A stretch of 57,496 nt of DNA from Rhodospirillaceae bacterium (GCA_040255215.1 JBDZUM010000008.1:1-57496), one strand, 5' to 3'; shown: positions 20,830 through 31,456, numbered from the stretch's first letter. A program made the numbers and translations. The notes: generated from the letters alone by a model not told the origin.

Positions 20830-23379
20830 CTATTCGTTGCGCAGCAGAGACAGCGGGCGCTGCCGCAGCGCGCCGAGCGTGCCGGCCAGACCGAGCGCCA
20901 GGGTCAGGGTCACGGCGCCGAAGGCGGTGAGCACGGCGACCGAGAACGGGAAGCTCCACTGCAGGTTCATGACCTCGGTAATGACCAGCCAGGCGGCCAG
21001 GCTGCCGATCAGGATGGCGGCGATGGCGGTGACCAGCCCCAGCGCGGCGAACTCGTAGATGAACGCCTCGAGGATGCGCCGGCGCGTGGCGCCCAGCACC
21101 TTCATGACCACCGTATCGTGCACCCGCCGCCGCTGGCTCGCCGCCATGGCGCCGGCCAGGACCATCAGGCCGGTGGCGATGCTGACCGCGCCGACCACGC
21201 GCGCCGCCAGGCCGACATTGCCCAGCAGCCCGGCGATGGTGTCCAGCGCGTCCTTGACCCGGATCACGGTGACGTTGGCGAAACGGTCGGTGATGGCGCG
21301 GTAGACCTTCTCCTCCTCCTCGGGCCGCGCCTTGACCGTGGCGATCCAGGTCTGCGGCGCCGCTTCCAGCACGCCGGGGGCGAAGACGAAGGTGAAGTTC
21401 AGGTTCAGCGTGGTCCAGTCGATGGTGCGCAGGTTGGCGATGCGCGCCTCGATCTCGCGCCCCAGGATGTTGACGGTGATGGTGTCGCCGATGCCGACGC
21501 CGAAGCCGCGCGCCAGGGCGGCGTCGAACGACACCAGCGGCGCGCCGCGATAGTCGGACGGCCACCACTGGCCGGCGACGAGGCGGGTGCCGTCGGGCGG
21601 CGTCGGCGCGTAGGTCAGGCCGCGGTCGCTGTCGACCGCCCAGCGCGCGTCTGGCGCGATCTCGACCTGGGCCACCGGCACGCCGTCGATGCGGCTGATG
21701 CGCCCGCGCAGCGAAGGCGTGCGCTCCAGCCCGTAGCCGCCGGCCTCGCGCACCGCAGCATCGAAGGCCATGACCTGGTCGGGCTGGATATCGACGAAGA
21801 AGAAGGCCGGCGCATCCTGCGGCAGGCGCTGCTGCACCTGGCGCTGCAGGTTGTTCTCGATCAGCGCCGTGGCCACCAGCACCGTCAGGCCCAGCCCCAG
21901 CGACAGCATCACCGTGACGGTCGCCGCGCCCGGCCGATGCAGATTGGCCAGCGCCAGCCGCAAGGTCGGGTGCGGCGGGTGCTTGACCCGGCGGGCCAGC
22001 GCCATGGCCAGGCGCGCCAGGGCGGGAAAGGCGACGAAGGCGCCCAGCGCCCCGACGATGAACCAGACGGCGACGTTGCGCTGTGGCGCGGTCAGCACGA
22101 CGACCGCCGCCAGCACGAAGCCGACGCCCGCCATGGCGAGCAGATCGCGCAGCCGCGGCGAGATGTCGTCGGTGGCCGACAGGCCGCGCATCAGCGTCGC
22201 CGCCGGCACCGCCCGCGCGCGCGCCAGCGGCCACAGCGCGAAGAGCAGCGCCACCATCATGCCGAACAGCGCCGCCATGGCCAGCGGCTGCACGTAGAGA
22301 TCGACGCGGGCGTTGACCGGCAGACGATCGCCGATCAGCGCATCGGCGACGAAGGGCAGCGCGATGCCGAACACCAGGCCAATGCAGACGCCGAGCAGCG
22401 CCAACACGGCGATCTGCGCCATGTAGAGGCGCCAGACCAGGCCGGCGGGCGCGCCCTGGCTCTTGAGCGAGGCAATGGTGCGGCGGCGGCCGATCAGGAA
22501 ACTGTCGACCGCATTGCCGATGCCGACGCCGCCGACCAGCAGCGCCGCCAGCCCGATCAGACTGAGATAGAGCGTCAGCCGGTCGATCCACACGCGCAAC
22601 CCGCCGCCGGCCTCGTCCAGCCCGCGCACCCGCCAGCCGGCGCTGGGGAACTGGCGATTGATGGTGGCGATGGTGTTGCGGAAATTCGTGCCCGGCTGCA
22701 GCGCCAGGCGGTACTCGTAACTCAGCAGCGCGCCCGGCTGCAGCAGGCCGGTGCGCGCCATCGCCTCCTGCGACATCATCAGACGCGGGCCGATGGCGAA
22801 GACGCTGAAACCGCGGTCCGGCTCGCGCGCGATGACGGTGCGCACCTGGAACACGCCATCGCCGACCTGAACGCGATCGCCGAGCTTGACGCCAAGCCGG
22901 CGCAGCGCCAGCTCCTCGACGGCGACGCCGAAGACGCCGTTACGCTCTTGGAACGCATCCTGCGTCGACATGGCGGGCTTGAATTCGAGTCCGCCATAGA
23001 GCGGATAGACGTCGTCGACCGCCTTCAGCTGCACGAGAGCGGGCGCGCCGCCGTTGCGCTGCGCCGGACGCGCCATGGTGCGCATCTCGAGCACTTCGGT
23101 GAGGCGCCCGAGTCCGGCAAGAAAATCCTTCTGGTCGTCGCTCGCCGCGCGATGGGTGAGGCGCAGCTCGATATCGCCGCCCAGGATGGTGCGGGCATCG
23201 GCGCGCAGTCCCTCTTCCACGGCGCGCGAGAACGAGCCGATGGCGGCGATGGCGGCGACGCCGAGCGCCAGACAGCCGATGAAAATGCCGAAGCCGCCCA
23301 GCCCGCCGCGCAGCTCGCGCCGCGCCAGCCTGATCGCCAGCGACCAGTTGCCGAAGACTGCCGTCAGCGCCCTGCGCAT
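20830..23379 (-). CDS. ABC transporter permease, YbbP/FtsX-like
   Basis: LARRELRGG, GGDIELR, FFFVDIQPDQ; two FtsX-like halves. Confidence 0.9.
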   Translation of the reverse strand: MRRALTAVFGNWSLAIRLARRELRGGLGGFGIFIGCLALGVAAIAAIGSFSRAVEEGLRADARTILGGDIELRLTHRAASDDQKDFLAGLGRLTEVLEMRTMARPAQRNGGAPALVQLKAVDDVYPLYGGLEFKPAMSTQDAFQERNGVFGVAVEELALRRLGVKLGDRVQVGDGVFQVRTVIAREPDRGFSVFAIGPRLMMSQEAMARTGLLQPGALLSYEYRLALQPGTNFRNTIATINRQFPSAGWRVRGLDEAGGGLRVWIDRLTLYLSLIGLAALLVGGVGIGNAVDSFLIGRRRTIASLKSQGAPAGLVWRLYMAQIAVLALLGVCIGLVFGIALPFVADALIGDRLPVNARVDLYVQPLAMAALFGMMVALLFALWPLARARAVPAATLMRGLSATDDISPRLRDLLAMAGVGFVLAAVVVLTAPQRNVAVWFIVGALGAFVAFPALARLAMALARRVKHPPHPTLRLALANLHRPGAATVTVMLSLGLGLTVLVATALIENNLQRQVQQRLPQDAPAFFFVDIQPDQVMAFDAAVREAGGYGLERTPSLRGRISRIDGVPVAQVEIAPDARWAVDSDRGLTYAPTPPDGTRLVAGQWWPSDYRGAPLVSFDAALARGFGVGIGDTITVNILGREIEARIANLRTIDWTTLNLNFTFVFAPGVLEAAPQTWIATVKARPEEEEKVYRAITDRFANVTVIRVKDALDTIAGLLGNVGLAARVVGAVSIATGLMVLAGAMAASQRRRVHDTVVMKVLGATRRRILEAFIYEFAALGLVTAIAAILIGSLAAWLVITEVMNLQWSFPFSVAVLTAFGAVTLTLALGLAGTLGALRQRPLSLLRNE

Positions 23380-23398
23380 GGTTTGCCGGCCGCTCCCT

Positions 23399-24076
23399 TC
23401 AGGCCGCCATCGCCGTGTCGTTGGCGATGGCGCCGTCGGCGATATGGATGACGCGGCTGCAGCGGCGCGCCAGCGCCTCGTCATGCGTCACCAGCAGCAA
23501 GGTGGCGCCGGTGCCGGCGACCAGCGAGAACAGCAGATCCATGATCGCCCGCCCGGTGCCGCCATCGAGATTGCCGGTCGGTTCGTCGGCCAGCAGCAGG
23601 CGCGGACGGCCGACGAAGGCGCGGGCCACGGCGACGCGCTGCTGCTCGCCGCCCGAAAGCTGCGCCGGATAGTGGTCGATGCGATGCGATAGCCCAACCT
23701 GGCGCAGCGCCTCCTCGGCGCGCTCGAACGGCCGCTCGGCATCGGCGAACTCGAGCGACAGCGCGACGTTCTCCAACGCAGTCATGGTCGGAATGAGATG
23801 GAAGCCCTGGAACACGATGCCGACATTGTCGCGCCGGAAACGGGCGAGACCGTCCTCGTCGAGGCGCACCAGATCGGTGCCCGCCACGGCCACTTCGCCC
23901 TTGGTGGCACGCTCCAGTCCGCCAATCACCATCAGCAGGCTGGACTTGCCGGCGCCCGACGGACCGACCAGGGCCGCCGTTTCGCCGGCGCCGATATCGA
24001 GACTGATTCCGCGCAGGATATTGACCGGGCCGGCGGCGCTCGCCAACTGTAGCCGAACGTCACGCAGGCTGATCAT
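23399..24076 (-). CDS. ABC transporter ATP-binding protein, YbbA-like
   Basis: GPSGAGKS, LSGGEQQR, LLADEPTGNLD, VTH. Confidence 0.93.
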   Translation of the reverse strand: MISLRDVRLQLASAAGPVNILRGISLDIGAGETAALVGPSGAGKSSLLMVIGGLERATKGEVAVAGTDLVRLDEDGLARFRRDNVGIVFQGFHLIPTMTALENVALSLEFADAERPFERAEEALRQVGLSHRIDHYPAQLSGGEQQRVAVARAFVGRPRLLLADEPTGNLDGGTGRAIMDLLFSLVAGTGATLLLVTHDEALARRCSRVIHIADGAIANDTAMAA

Positions 24077-24080
24077 GCAA

Positions 24081-24827
24081 ATGGCTCCCTCATCGACCCC
24101 GACAGCAACCGAAAACTGTGACCAAAGCAAGGCTGGCGCCGCCCGGCGAAGCCGGCTGGCCGCGGCTTTCTGCTCATTCCATGGGCATATTACGCGACGG
24201 GCGGCGCTGGCGATCGCCCTCATCGGTATGGTTTTCGCAGCACCCGTCGCCGCCCAGCAGGCGGCCACCACCATCGCGGTGCTGGGCGACAGCCTGACGG
24301 CCGGCTATGGCCTGCCCGAGCGCGACGCCTTTCCGGCGCAGCTCGAGGCGGCGCTGAAGGAGCGCGGCCACGACGTGCGCGTGGTCAATGCCGGGGTCTC
24401 GGGCGACACGTCGGCCGGCGGGCGGGCGCGGCTCGACTGGACCCTGGCCGACAAGCCGCAGATCGTCATCGTCGAGCTCGGCGCCAACGACACGCTGCGC
24501 GGGCTCGATCCCGATCAGACCGAGGCCAATCTCGACGACATCCTGGCGCGCACCCTGGCGAGCGGCGCCAGGGTTCTGCTGGCCGGCATGCGCGCGCCGC
24601 CCAATTTCGGCCGCGACTACCAGCAGCGCTTCGACGCCATCTACCAGCGCCTTGCGGAAAAGCACGGCGTGCCGCTCTATCCGTTCTTCCTCGAAGGCGT
24701 GGCGATGGACCCCAAGCTCAACCAGGCCGACGGCATCCATCCGACGGCGGCCGGCGTGGCGATCATCGTCAAAGGCATTCTGCCCGCCGTCGAAGCCCTG
24801 CTGAAACGCACCGAGGCGGCGCGCTGA
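24081..24827 (+). CDS. tesA: Arylesterase/acyl-CoA thioesterase I (GDSL/SGNH), signal peptide
   Basis: GDSL, NAGVSGDT, ELGAND, DGIHP; divergent from ybbA as in other proteobacteria; start uncertain. Confidence 0.88.
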   Translation: MAPSSTPTATENCDQSKAGAARRSRLAAAFCSFHGHITRRAALAIALIGMVFAAPVAAQQAATTIAVLGDSLTAGYGLPERDAFPAQLEAALKERGHDVRVVNAGVSGDTSAGGRARLDWTLADKPQIVIVELGANDTLRGLDPDQTEANLDDILARTLASGARVLLAGMRAPPNFGRDYQQRFDAIYQRLAEKHGVPLYPFFLEGVAMDPKLNQADGIHPTAAGVAIIVKGILPAVEALLKRTEAAR

Positions 24828-24911
24828 GACCGGGGATTTGCGCCCGGCAAGCCTGTCGCGCTATAGCAGGGTTCTCGCCCTTCCCGCGATCAGCACGAAG
24901 CGAAACCCGAC

Positions 24912-25952
24912 ATGCAATTCCGCCCGCTCGGCCGCACCGGCCTGAACGTCTCCCTGATCTGTCTCGGCACCATGACCTGGGGCCGCCAGAACACCGAAGC
25001 CGAAGCGCACGAACAGCTCGACTACGCGCTGGGCCGCGGCATCAACTTCATCGACGCGGCCGAGATGTATCCGGTGCCGCCGGGTGCGGAGACGCACGGG
25101 CGCACCGAGCAGTTCATCGGCACCTGGCTGAAGAACCGCAAAGATCGCGACAAGATCGTGCTGGCCACCAAGGCGGCCGCGCGCGGGCGCGATTTCGAAT
25201 GGCTGCGCGGCGGCCCGCTGCTCAACGCCAAGCATCTCAACGAGGCGGTCGACGGCTCGCTGAAGCGGCTGCAGACCGACTACATCGATCTCTACCAGCT
25301 GCACTGGCCGGACCGGCGCACCAACACCTTCGGCCAGCTGGGCTACAAGCACGATCCGTCCGATTCCGGCGGTACGCCGATCGACGAGACGCTCGAGGCG
25401 CTGCAGGGCCTGATCAAGGCCGGCAAGGTGCGCCATATCGGCGTGTCGAACGAGACGCCGTGGGGCGTGATGAAATTCGTCGGGCATGCCGAGACCAAGG
25501 GCCTGCCGCGCATCGTCTCGATCCAGAACCCCTACAACCTGCTGAACCGCAGCTTCGAGATCGGCAACGCCGAAGTCTCCATGCGCGAGGACGTCAGCCT
25601 GCTGGCCTATTCGCCGCTGGCCATGGCGACACTGACCGGCAAGTACCTGAACGGCGCCAAGCCCGAGGGCGCCCGCCTCAGCCTGTTCACCCGCTTCCAG
25701 CGCTATACCGGCGCGCATGCCCAGCCGATCATCCAGGCCTATGTCGATCTGGCGAAGAAGCACGGCATCGATCCCGGCCAGATGGCGCTGGCCTACGTCA
25801 ATTCGCGCCCGTTCGTCACCAGCAACATCATCGGCGCCACCAGCATGGCGCAGCTGAAGAGCAACATCGACAGCCTCGACGTGACGCTGTCGGAAGACGT
25901 GCTGAACGGCATCGAGGAGATCTACAAGCGCACCGGCTCGCCCTGCCCCTGA
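24912..25952 (+). CDS. tas: NADP(H)-dependent aldo/keto reductase, Tas-like
   Basis: LGTMTWG, DAAEMYPVPP, DLYQLHWP, SNETPWG, SIQNPYNLLNR. Confidence 0.9.
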   Translation: MQFRPLGRTGLNVSLICLGTMTWGRQNTEAEAHEQLDYALGRGINFIDAAEMYPVPPGAETHGRTEQFIGTWLKNRKDRDKIVLATKAAARGRDFEWLRGGPLLNAKHLNEAVDGSLKRLQTDYIDLYQLHWPDRRTNTFGQLGYKHDPSDSGGTPIDETLEALQGLIKAGKVRHIGVSNETPWGVMKFVGHAETKGLPRIVSIQNPYNLLNRSFEIGNAEVSMREDVSLLAYSPLAMATLTGKYLNGAKPEGARLSLFTRFQRYTGAHAQPIIQAYVDLAKKHGIDPGQMALAYVNSRPFVTSNIIGATSMAQLKSNIDSLDVTLSEDVLNGIEEIYKRTGSPCP

Positions 25953-25992
25953 GGCGGGGCCTGCCGACGCGCCTGCGCAGGCGGGGCGCGCC

Positions 25993-26544
25993 ATGAGATT
26001 GTTCGTCGCCATCGAGATGCCGTCGTCGCTGCGGGCCGAAATGGCGCGGCTGCAGAACGGCGTGCCGGGCGCGCGCTGGGTGGCGCCGGAAAATTTTCAT
26101 CTGACCCTGCGCTTCATCGGCGAGGTCGACAACGGCACCGCCCGCGACATCGACGACCAGCTGGCGCGCATCGGCGCCATGTCGTTCGAACTCGCCGTCA
26201 AGGGCGTTGGCTATTTCGCCGACGGCGCGCGGCTCAACGCCCTCTATGCCGCGGTCGAGAACAACCCCGCGCTGGAGGCGCTGCAGCAGAAGGTCGATAG
26301 CGCCATTGCCCGCGCCGGACTGCGGCCCGAACGCCGGCGCTTCGTGCCGCATGTCACCCTGGCGCGCTTCGGCGGACGGCAGGAGGCGGGCCACCATCTG
26401 GCGCAATTCATGGCCTCGCACAGCCTGTGGCGGCCCGAGCCCTTCGACGTCGAGCATTTCACGCTCTTCTCTTCCGTGACGCGGCCGGAAGGCTCGCTCT
26501 ATCGGGCCGAGGCGGAATATCCGTTGCAGGTGATTGGCGAGTAG
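25993..26544 (+). CDS. thpR: RNA 2',3'-cyclic phosphodiesterase (2H family)
   Basis: MRLFVAI, HLTLRFIG, PHVTLAR. Confidence 0.93.
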   Translation: MRLFVAIEMPSSLRAEMARLQNGVPGARWVAPENFHLTLRFIGEVDNGTARDIDDQLARIGAMSFELAVKGVGYFADGARLNALYAAVENNPALEALQQKVDSAIARAGLRPERRRFVPHVTLARFGGRQEAGHHLAQFMASHSLWRPEPFDVEHFTLFSSVTRPEGSLYRAEAEYPLQVIGE

Positions 26545-26606
26545 CAGTCAGTCGTGGATTCGATTGCAAATCCACCGTTCGAAAAAAATCAGAGGTACAT
26601 CAGCTT

Positions 26607-26990
26607 CTATCGACGTCGTCGGCTGCGCCGCCGAACCCACTGTAGATAGACGGCTATATCCCGTTCAGAATACCCAAGGAGCCGCCCGACCCTGCGTTCC
26701 AGAATATCGGAAAACCGCAGATCGCCTCTCGTCCAATATCGATAGATGAGGTCCAACTGACGGAAACGGGCTTCGTTGTGATCCGGGAAATAGTACGCGA
26801 TCTCCAATACCCGGCCTGCTAGCCTGTACCGGCGAATGCGTCGCTCCAGCTGACTTGCACGAACGTAACGCTCGAACTGCGCCGAGGGGTCGTATTCCAA
26901 GAACATGGCGATTGGCTTGAGGCCGGCCAACAGCAACTCAAGTTCACGACCCTCGTGCGGACCCACAGCAGCAGGTATTCTCGAAAGCAT
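26607..26990 (-). CDS. Hypothetical protein (127 aa), lower GC
   Basis: GPHEGRELELLLAG...GRLLGY; starts 15 nt after the kinase stop; atypical codon usage. Confidence 0.65.
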   Translation of the reverse strand: MLSRIPAAVGPHEGRELELLLAGLKPIAMFLEYDPSAQFERYVRASQLERRIRRYRLAGRVLEIAYYFPDHNEARFRQLDLIYRYWTRGDLRFSDILERRVGRLLGYSERDIAVYLQWVRRRSRRRR

Positions 26991-27005
26991 TTGCGGATTC
27001 TGTCG

Positions 27006-27848
27006 TCAGATGCGGCGCGTGACAATACGGCTGACTTTCTCGATATATGGCCCGCCGAACAGATAGGCGTGCACCAGCAGCGGCCACAGGTTCCAGATGT
27101 CGCGGCGCTCCGCATATGCCTTGTCGAGACCGGCGATTTCGGCGTAGCGGGCGAGGAAACGCGGGCCGAAGCCGCCGAACATCTCGCTGAAGGCGAGATC
27201 CATTTCCGGATGGCCGAAATAGATCGCCGGGTCGATGAAAGCGACCGGCTGGCCCTGTCGCGTCAGCACGTTGCCCTGCCACAGATCGCCATGCAGCAGC
27301 GCCGGGCGCTTCGGTTCGGGGATCATGTCGCCACGCGTGGCAACGAAGCGCTCGACGAGACGCAGCGTCTCCAGCGGCAGATTGCCGACGCGATGGGCGA
27401 GGAACGCGCCGCTCAGCAGGCGCTTTTCGAGGAACAGCGTGCGCCAGTCCGGCTGGCGCTCGTTGATCTGCGGCATGCCGCCGATCATCACGTCGTAGCC
27501 ATAGCCGTAATCGTCCGCCGTGTGCGCGTGCAATGCGGCGAGCGCGTCGGCCAGCTGTTCCTGCCCGGTGGCATCGAGCGGCGAGCCGTCATGCTCGATC
27601 CAGTCGCCGACCAGCAGCGTGTCGTCGCTGAAATGCAGCGTCGGAAACGCTACGGGCGACCTGCCGACCAGGTCGCGCAGCATCTTGCCTTCGCTGGCCA
27701 GAAGCCGCGCCGCGCTTTTCACGGCCACCGTGCCGCCGCCGGCAAGCGCGCAACGCCAGACCGTCGCGCCATGCCCGCCACCCACCAGCTGCAGGGCATC
27801 GACCTCGCGGCCCAGCACCGCCCGCAGCCGCGCCCGCAACTCAGTCAT
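27006..27848 (-). CDS. Fructosamine/ribulosamine 3-kinase family protein
   Basis: LLHGDLWQGN, FIDPAIYFGHPEMDLA. Confidence 0.92.
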   Translation of the reverse strand: MTELRARLRAVLGREVDALQLVGGGHGATVWRCALAGGGTVAVKSAARLLASEGKMLRDLVGRSPVAFPTLHFSDDTLLVGDWIEHDGSPLDATGQEQLADALAALHAHTADDYGYGYDVMIGGMPQINERQPDWRTLFLEKRLLSGAFLAHRVGNLPLETLRLVERFVATRGDMIPEPKRPALLHGDLWQGNVLTRQGQPVAFIDPAIYFGHPEMDLAFSEMFGGFGPRFLARYAEIAGLDKAYAERRDIWNLWPLLVHAYLFGGPYIEKVSRIVTRRI

Positions 27849-28335
27849 GGTCGGGGAAATGCTCGCGCCTGATATGCGCCAGCAGGGCAGCGCATCCACG
27901 CTCGATAAGGTCCAGCGCGTGTTCGAAATCGCGCGCGCCGCCGTAATAGGGATCCGGCACGTCGTCGAGCCCCGCCTCGCCCAGATGGCTGAGGAACAGC
28001 GACAGGCGCCCAGCCTGCGAGGGCGGACAATCGGCCCGCAGCAGATCGAAATGCCCGCGATCCAGTGCCAGCACGTAATCGAACGCCTCGAAATCCCGCG
28101 GCGCCACCTTGCGCGCCCGCAGGACGGAGAGATCGACGCCGCGCTTGCGGGCCGCGGCGATGCTGCGTCGGTCGGGCGGCTCGCCGATGTGATAGCCGTG
28201 CGTGCCGGCCGAATCGATCAGCAGTCGCGTCTCCAGACCGGCGAGTTTCGCCTGGTGCCGCAACACGCCCTCGGCGGTCGGCGAGCGGCAGATATTGCCG
28301 GTGCAGACGAACAGCACGCCTATCTTCCGCTCCAC
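27841..28335 (-). CDS. Low molecular weight protein-tyrosine phosphatase family
   Basis: VCTGNICRS P-loop, DSAGT, DPYY; GTG start. Confidence 0.93.
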   Translation of the reverse strand: MERKIGVLFVCTGNICRSPTAEGVLRHQAKLAGLETRLLIDSAGTHGYHIGEPPDRRSIAAARKRGVDLSVLRARKVAPRDFEAFDYVLALDRGHFDLLRADCPPSQAGRLSLFLSHLGEAGLDDVPDPYYGGARDFEHALDLIERGCAALLAHIRREHFPDHD

Positions 28336-28402
28336 GCCCTTTCTCCCGCGCCCGAAAGCTCTATGATACCGGCAAAAGCAACGCAGGAAACGCCGTCGAA
28401 CC

Positions 28403-29140
28403 ATGGCACCGCCCAAACTCTCGACCTCGCTCGACACCATCGTGGTGCTGACCGGCGCCGGCATTTCCAAGGAATCCGGCATCGACACGTTCCGCGACAA
28501 GGACGGTTTGTGGAGCAAGTTCAACATCGAGGAAGTCGCCACCATCGAGGCGTTCCGGCGCAATCCGAAGAAGGTGCTGGACTTCTACAATGAACGCCGC
28601 CGCGATTTCCGCAGCGCCAACATCCGCCCTAATGCCGCGCATGAGGCGCTTGCCCGGCTGGAGCGGGAATGGCCCGGCGAGGTGCTGGTGGTGACGCAGA
28701 ACATCGACCTGCTGCACGAGGCGGGCGGTTCGCGCAACGTCATGCACATGCATGGCCAGGCTGGCAAGATCCGCTGCATGCACTGCGAGGCGATCGTCGA
28801 TTCGGAGATGGAGTTGAGCCCCGAAAGCGTGTGCGCCGGTTGCGGCGGCAAGGGGGGCCTGCGCCCGCACGTCGTCTGGTTCGGCGAGATTCCGCTGCAC
28901 ATGGACGAGATCATGGGCGCGCTCGACCGCTGCGGGCTGTTCATGTCGATCGGCACGTCGGGCACGGTCTACCCCGCCGCCGGCTTCGTGCAGCACGTGC
29001 GCATGGCCGGCATCGGGCATACGGTGGAACTGAACATGGAGCCGTCGGACGGGCACTCGCTGTTCGCCGAACGCCATTACGGGCCGGCCAGCGAGATCGT
29101 GCCGGCCTATGTCGACAAGCTGCTGCGCGAAGGCTGGTAG
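28403..29140 (+). CDS. cobB: NAD-dependent protein deacylase (class III sirtuin)
   Basis: GAGIS, FYNERR, TQNID, HG, CxxC...CxxC, RPHVVWFGE, GTS. Confidence 0.93.
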   Translation: MAPPKLSTSLDTIVVLTGAGISKESGIDTFRDKDGLWSKFNIEEVATIEAFRRNPKKVLDFYNERRRDFRSANIRPNAAHEALARLEREWPGEVLVVTQNIDLLHEAGGSRNVMHMHGQAGKIRCMHCEAIVDSEMELSPESVCAGCGGKGGLRPHVVWFGEIPLHMDEIMGALDRCGLFMSIGTSGTVYPAAGFVQHVRMAGIGHTVELNMEPSDGHSLFAERHYGPASEIVPAYVDKLLREGW

Positions 29141-29151
29141 GAGGAACGAAG

Positions 29152-30957
29152 ATGACGCAGGCCAATCTGAAGCTGGCATCGAGCCAGGAAACACCGCGCA
29201 CCGGCTCCGACCACGTCGCGCCGGACTGCCATGGCATGAATTTCTACCGCGCCGACCGTTCGCTGCAGGACCTGCTGCCGCTCTACATGCCGGAGAAGCT
29301 GCTCGCCCATCTCGATCCGCATTTCGACCGGCTGGGCGAACTGGCCGGCGGCAGGCTGGACGAACTGGCCTCGATCGCCGACAGGAACGGCCCCGTGCTG
29401 CACCAGCGCGACCGTTTCGGCCGCGACGAGGACTGGATCGAATACCATCCCGCCTATCGCGAAATGGAGCAGATCGCCTTCGGCGATTTCGGCATGCATG
29501 CCATGACCCATCGCGGCGGCGTGCTGGGCTGGCCCGAACCGATGCCGCCGATCGGCAAGTACCTGATCACCTATCTTTTCGTGCAGGGCGAGTTCGGCCT
29601 GATGTGCCCGATCTCCGTCTCCGACACGTCCAACTTCGTCATCAAGCGCTACGGCAGCGAAGCGGTGAAGAACTACCTGCTGCCGCGGCTGCTGTCGCAG
29701 GACATGGCGACGATGTGGAAGGGCACGCAGTTCATGACCGAGAAGGCCGGCGGCTCCGACGTCGGCGCGGTCGAAACCGTCGCCACGCCGCTGGGCAAAG
29801 GCGCCGACGGCATCGAGCGCTGGTCGATCACCGGCGACAAGTGGTTCTGCAGCCATGCCGACGCCGACGTCGCGGTGATGCTGGCGCGGCCCGAGGGCGC
29901 GCCTTCCGGCACCAAGGGCCTGGCGCTGTTCGCCACGCCGCGCCGGCTGGAGGACGGCAGCCGCAACGCCTATCGCATCGTGCGGCTGAAGGACAAGCTG
30001 GGCACGAAGTCGATGGCGTCGGGCGAGATCAAGTTCGAGGGCGCCACGGCCTATCTGATCGGCGACGCGCAGAACGGCTTCAAGCAGATGATGCACCAGG
30101 TCAATCTCTCGCGGCTGAGCCACGGCGTGCGCGCCGCCGCGATGATGCGCCGCTGCCTCAACGAATCGCTGGTGGTGGCCGGCTATCGCAACGCCTTCGG
30201 CGGGCCGATCAAGCGTTTCCCGCTGCTGCGCCGGCAGCTGATGAAGATCCTGCTGCCGACCGAGCAGGCGCTGTCGATGTCGCTCTATTCGTCGAAGATC
30301 ATGGGCGACGCCAATGGCGGCGACGCGAAGGCCGAGACCCTGCTGCGCATCCTGACGCCGCTCTTCAAGTTCCGCGCCTGCCGCGACAATATCCGCGTCG
30401 CCTCCCATGCGCTGGAGGTGCGTGGCGGCGTCGGCTACATCGAGGAGTTCGTCGCCGCAAGGCTCTATCGCGACGCGCAGGTCGGCACCTTGTGGGAGGG
30501 CACCTCCAACATCAACGCGCTCGACGTCATCACCCGCGCCGTCGGCAAGAGCGGCGGCGAGAAGGCGCTGGGCAGCGCGCTGGACGACATGCTGAAGAGC
30601 GCCGACGGCTTGCCGGGCCAGATGCGCGGCGAATTCGCCGGCTTGGTCGACCGCGCCGGCCGGTTCGCCCGCGAAGTCGCCGCCGACCCGAAGAAGGAAA
30701 AGCTCAGCCGGTCGGCCGCCACCACGCTCTACCACGCCGTTTCGGCGGCGCTGATGGCGGCCGAAGGTGCGGCGATCGGCGCGCGCGGCGGCGACGCCAG
30801 GCGCCTGCTGATGGCCCGCCTGGTCGCCGAGCACCGGCTGAAGGCGCAGGACCCGATGGCGCCGTCCGATCCGGCCTGGGAGGACGCCATCGTCGACCAT
30901 CTGCTCGACGAGGCGCCGGTGCCGCTGGCGCGCGCGGTGGAGCTGGCTTCCGCCTGA
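29152..30957 (+). CDS. Acyl-CoA dehydrogenase family, AidB-like
   Basis: QFMTEKAGGSDV, GDKWFCS, RLKDKLG, GGVGYIEE, WEGTSN. Confidence 0.88.
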   Translation: MTQANLKLASSQETPRTGSDHVAPDCHGMNFYRADRSLQDLLPLYMPEKLLAHLDPHFDRLGELAGGRLDELASIADRNGPVLHQRDRFGRDEDWIEYHPAYREMEQIAFGDFGMHAMTHRGGVLGWPEPMPPIGKYLITYLFVQGEFGLMCPISVSDTSNFVIKRYGSEAVKNYLLPRLLSQDMATMWKGTQFMTEKAGGSDVGAVETVATPLGKGADGIERWSITGDKWFCSHADADVAVMLARPEGAPSGTKGLALFATPRRLEDGSRNAYRIVRLKDKLGTKSMASGEIKFEGATAYLIGDAQNGFKQMMHQVNLSRLSHGVRAAAMMRRCLNESLVVAGYRNAFGGPIKRFPLLRRQLMKILLPTEQALSMSLYSSKIMGDANGGDAKAETLLRILTPLFKFRACRDNIRVASHALEVRGGVGYIEEFVAARLYRDAQVGTLWEGTSNINALDVITRAVGKSGGEKALGSALDDMLKSADGLPGQMRGEFAGLVDRAGRFAREVAADPKKEKLSRSAATTLYHAVSAALMAAEGAAIGARGGDARRLLMARLVAEHRLKAQDPMAPSDPAWEDAIVDHLLDEAPVPLARAVELASA

Positions 30958-30958
30958 G

Positions 30959-31456
30959 ATGATCCTGCCGGACGTTCTGCGGCCGGGCCTGACGCTGGTG
31001 TTCTGCGGCACCGCCGTCAGCCGCATCTCGCAGGCGCGCGGCTATCCCTACGCCAATCCCGGCAACGCCTTCTGGCCGACGGTGAAGAAGCTCGGCCTGT
31101 TCCCGCCCGATTTCGACCCGGCGCAATTCCCGCGCATGGTCGAGCACGGCATCGGCTACACCGACCTCAACAAGATCGAGGTCGGCGTCGATAGCGAATT
31201 GTCCGCCGCCGCCTTCGACGTGGCGGCGTTCGCGCGCAAGATGAAGCGGCACAGGCCGCGACTGATCGCCTTCACCAGCAAGAACGCCGGCGCGACCTTT
31301 CTCGGCGACCGGCGCATCGGCTTCGGCCTGCAGCCGCGGACGCTCGGCGACAGCGAGATCCACGTCCTGCCCTCGCCCTCCGGCCTGGCCCGCTCGCACT
31401 GGAACGTCGCGCCATGGCAGGCGCTGGCCGAGCGGTACCGGGCATTAAGAGCGTAG
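30959..31456 (+). CDS. mug: Mismatch-specific uracil/ethenocytosine DNA glycosylase
   Basis: [24 protein letters not shown]. Confidence 0.85.
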   Translation: MILPDVLRPGLTLVFCGTAVSRISQARGYPYANPGNAFWPTVKKLGLFPPDFDPAQFPRMVEHGIGYTDLNKIEVGVDSELSAAAFDVAAFARKMKRHRPRLIAFTSKNAGATFLGDRRIGFGLQPRTLGDSEIHVLPSPSGLARSHWNVAPWQALAERYRALRA

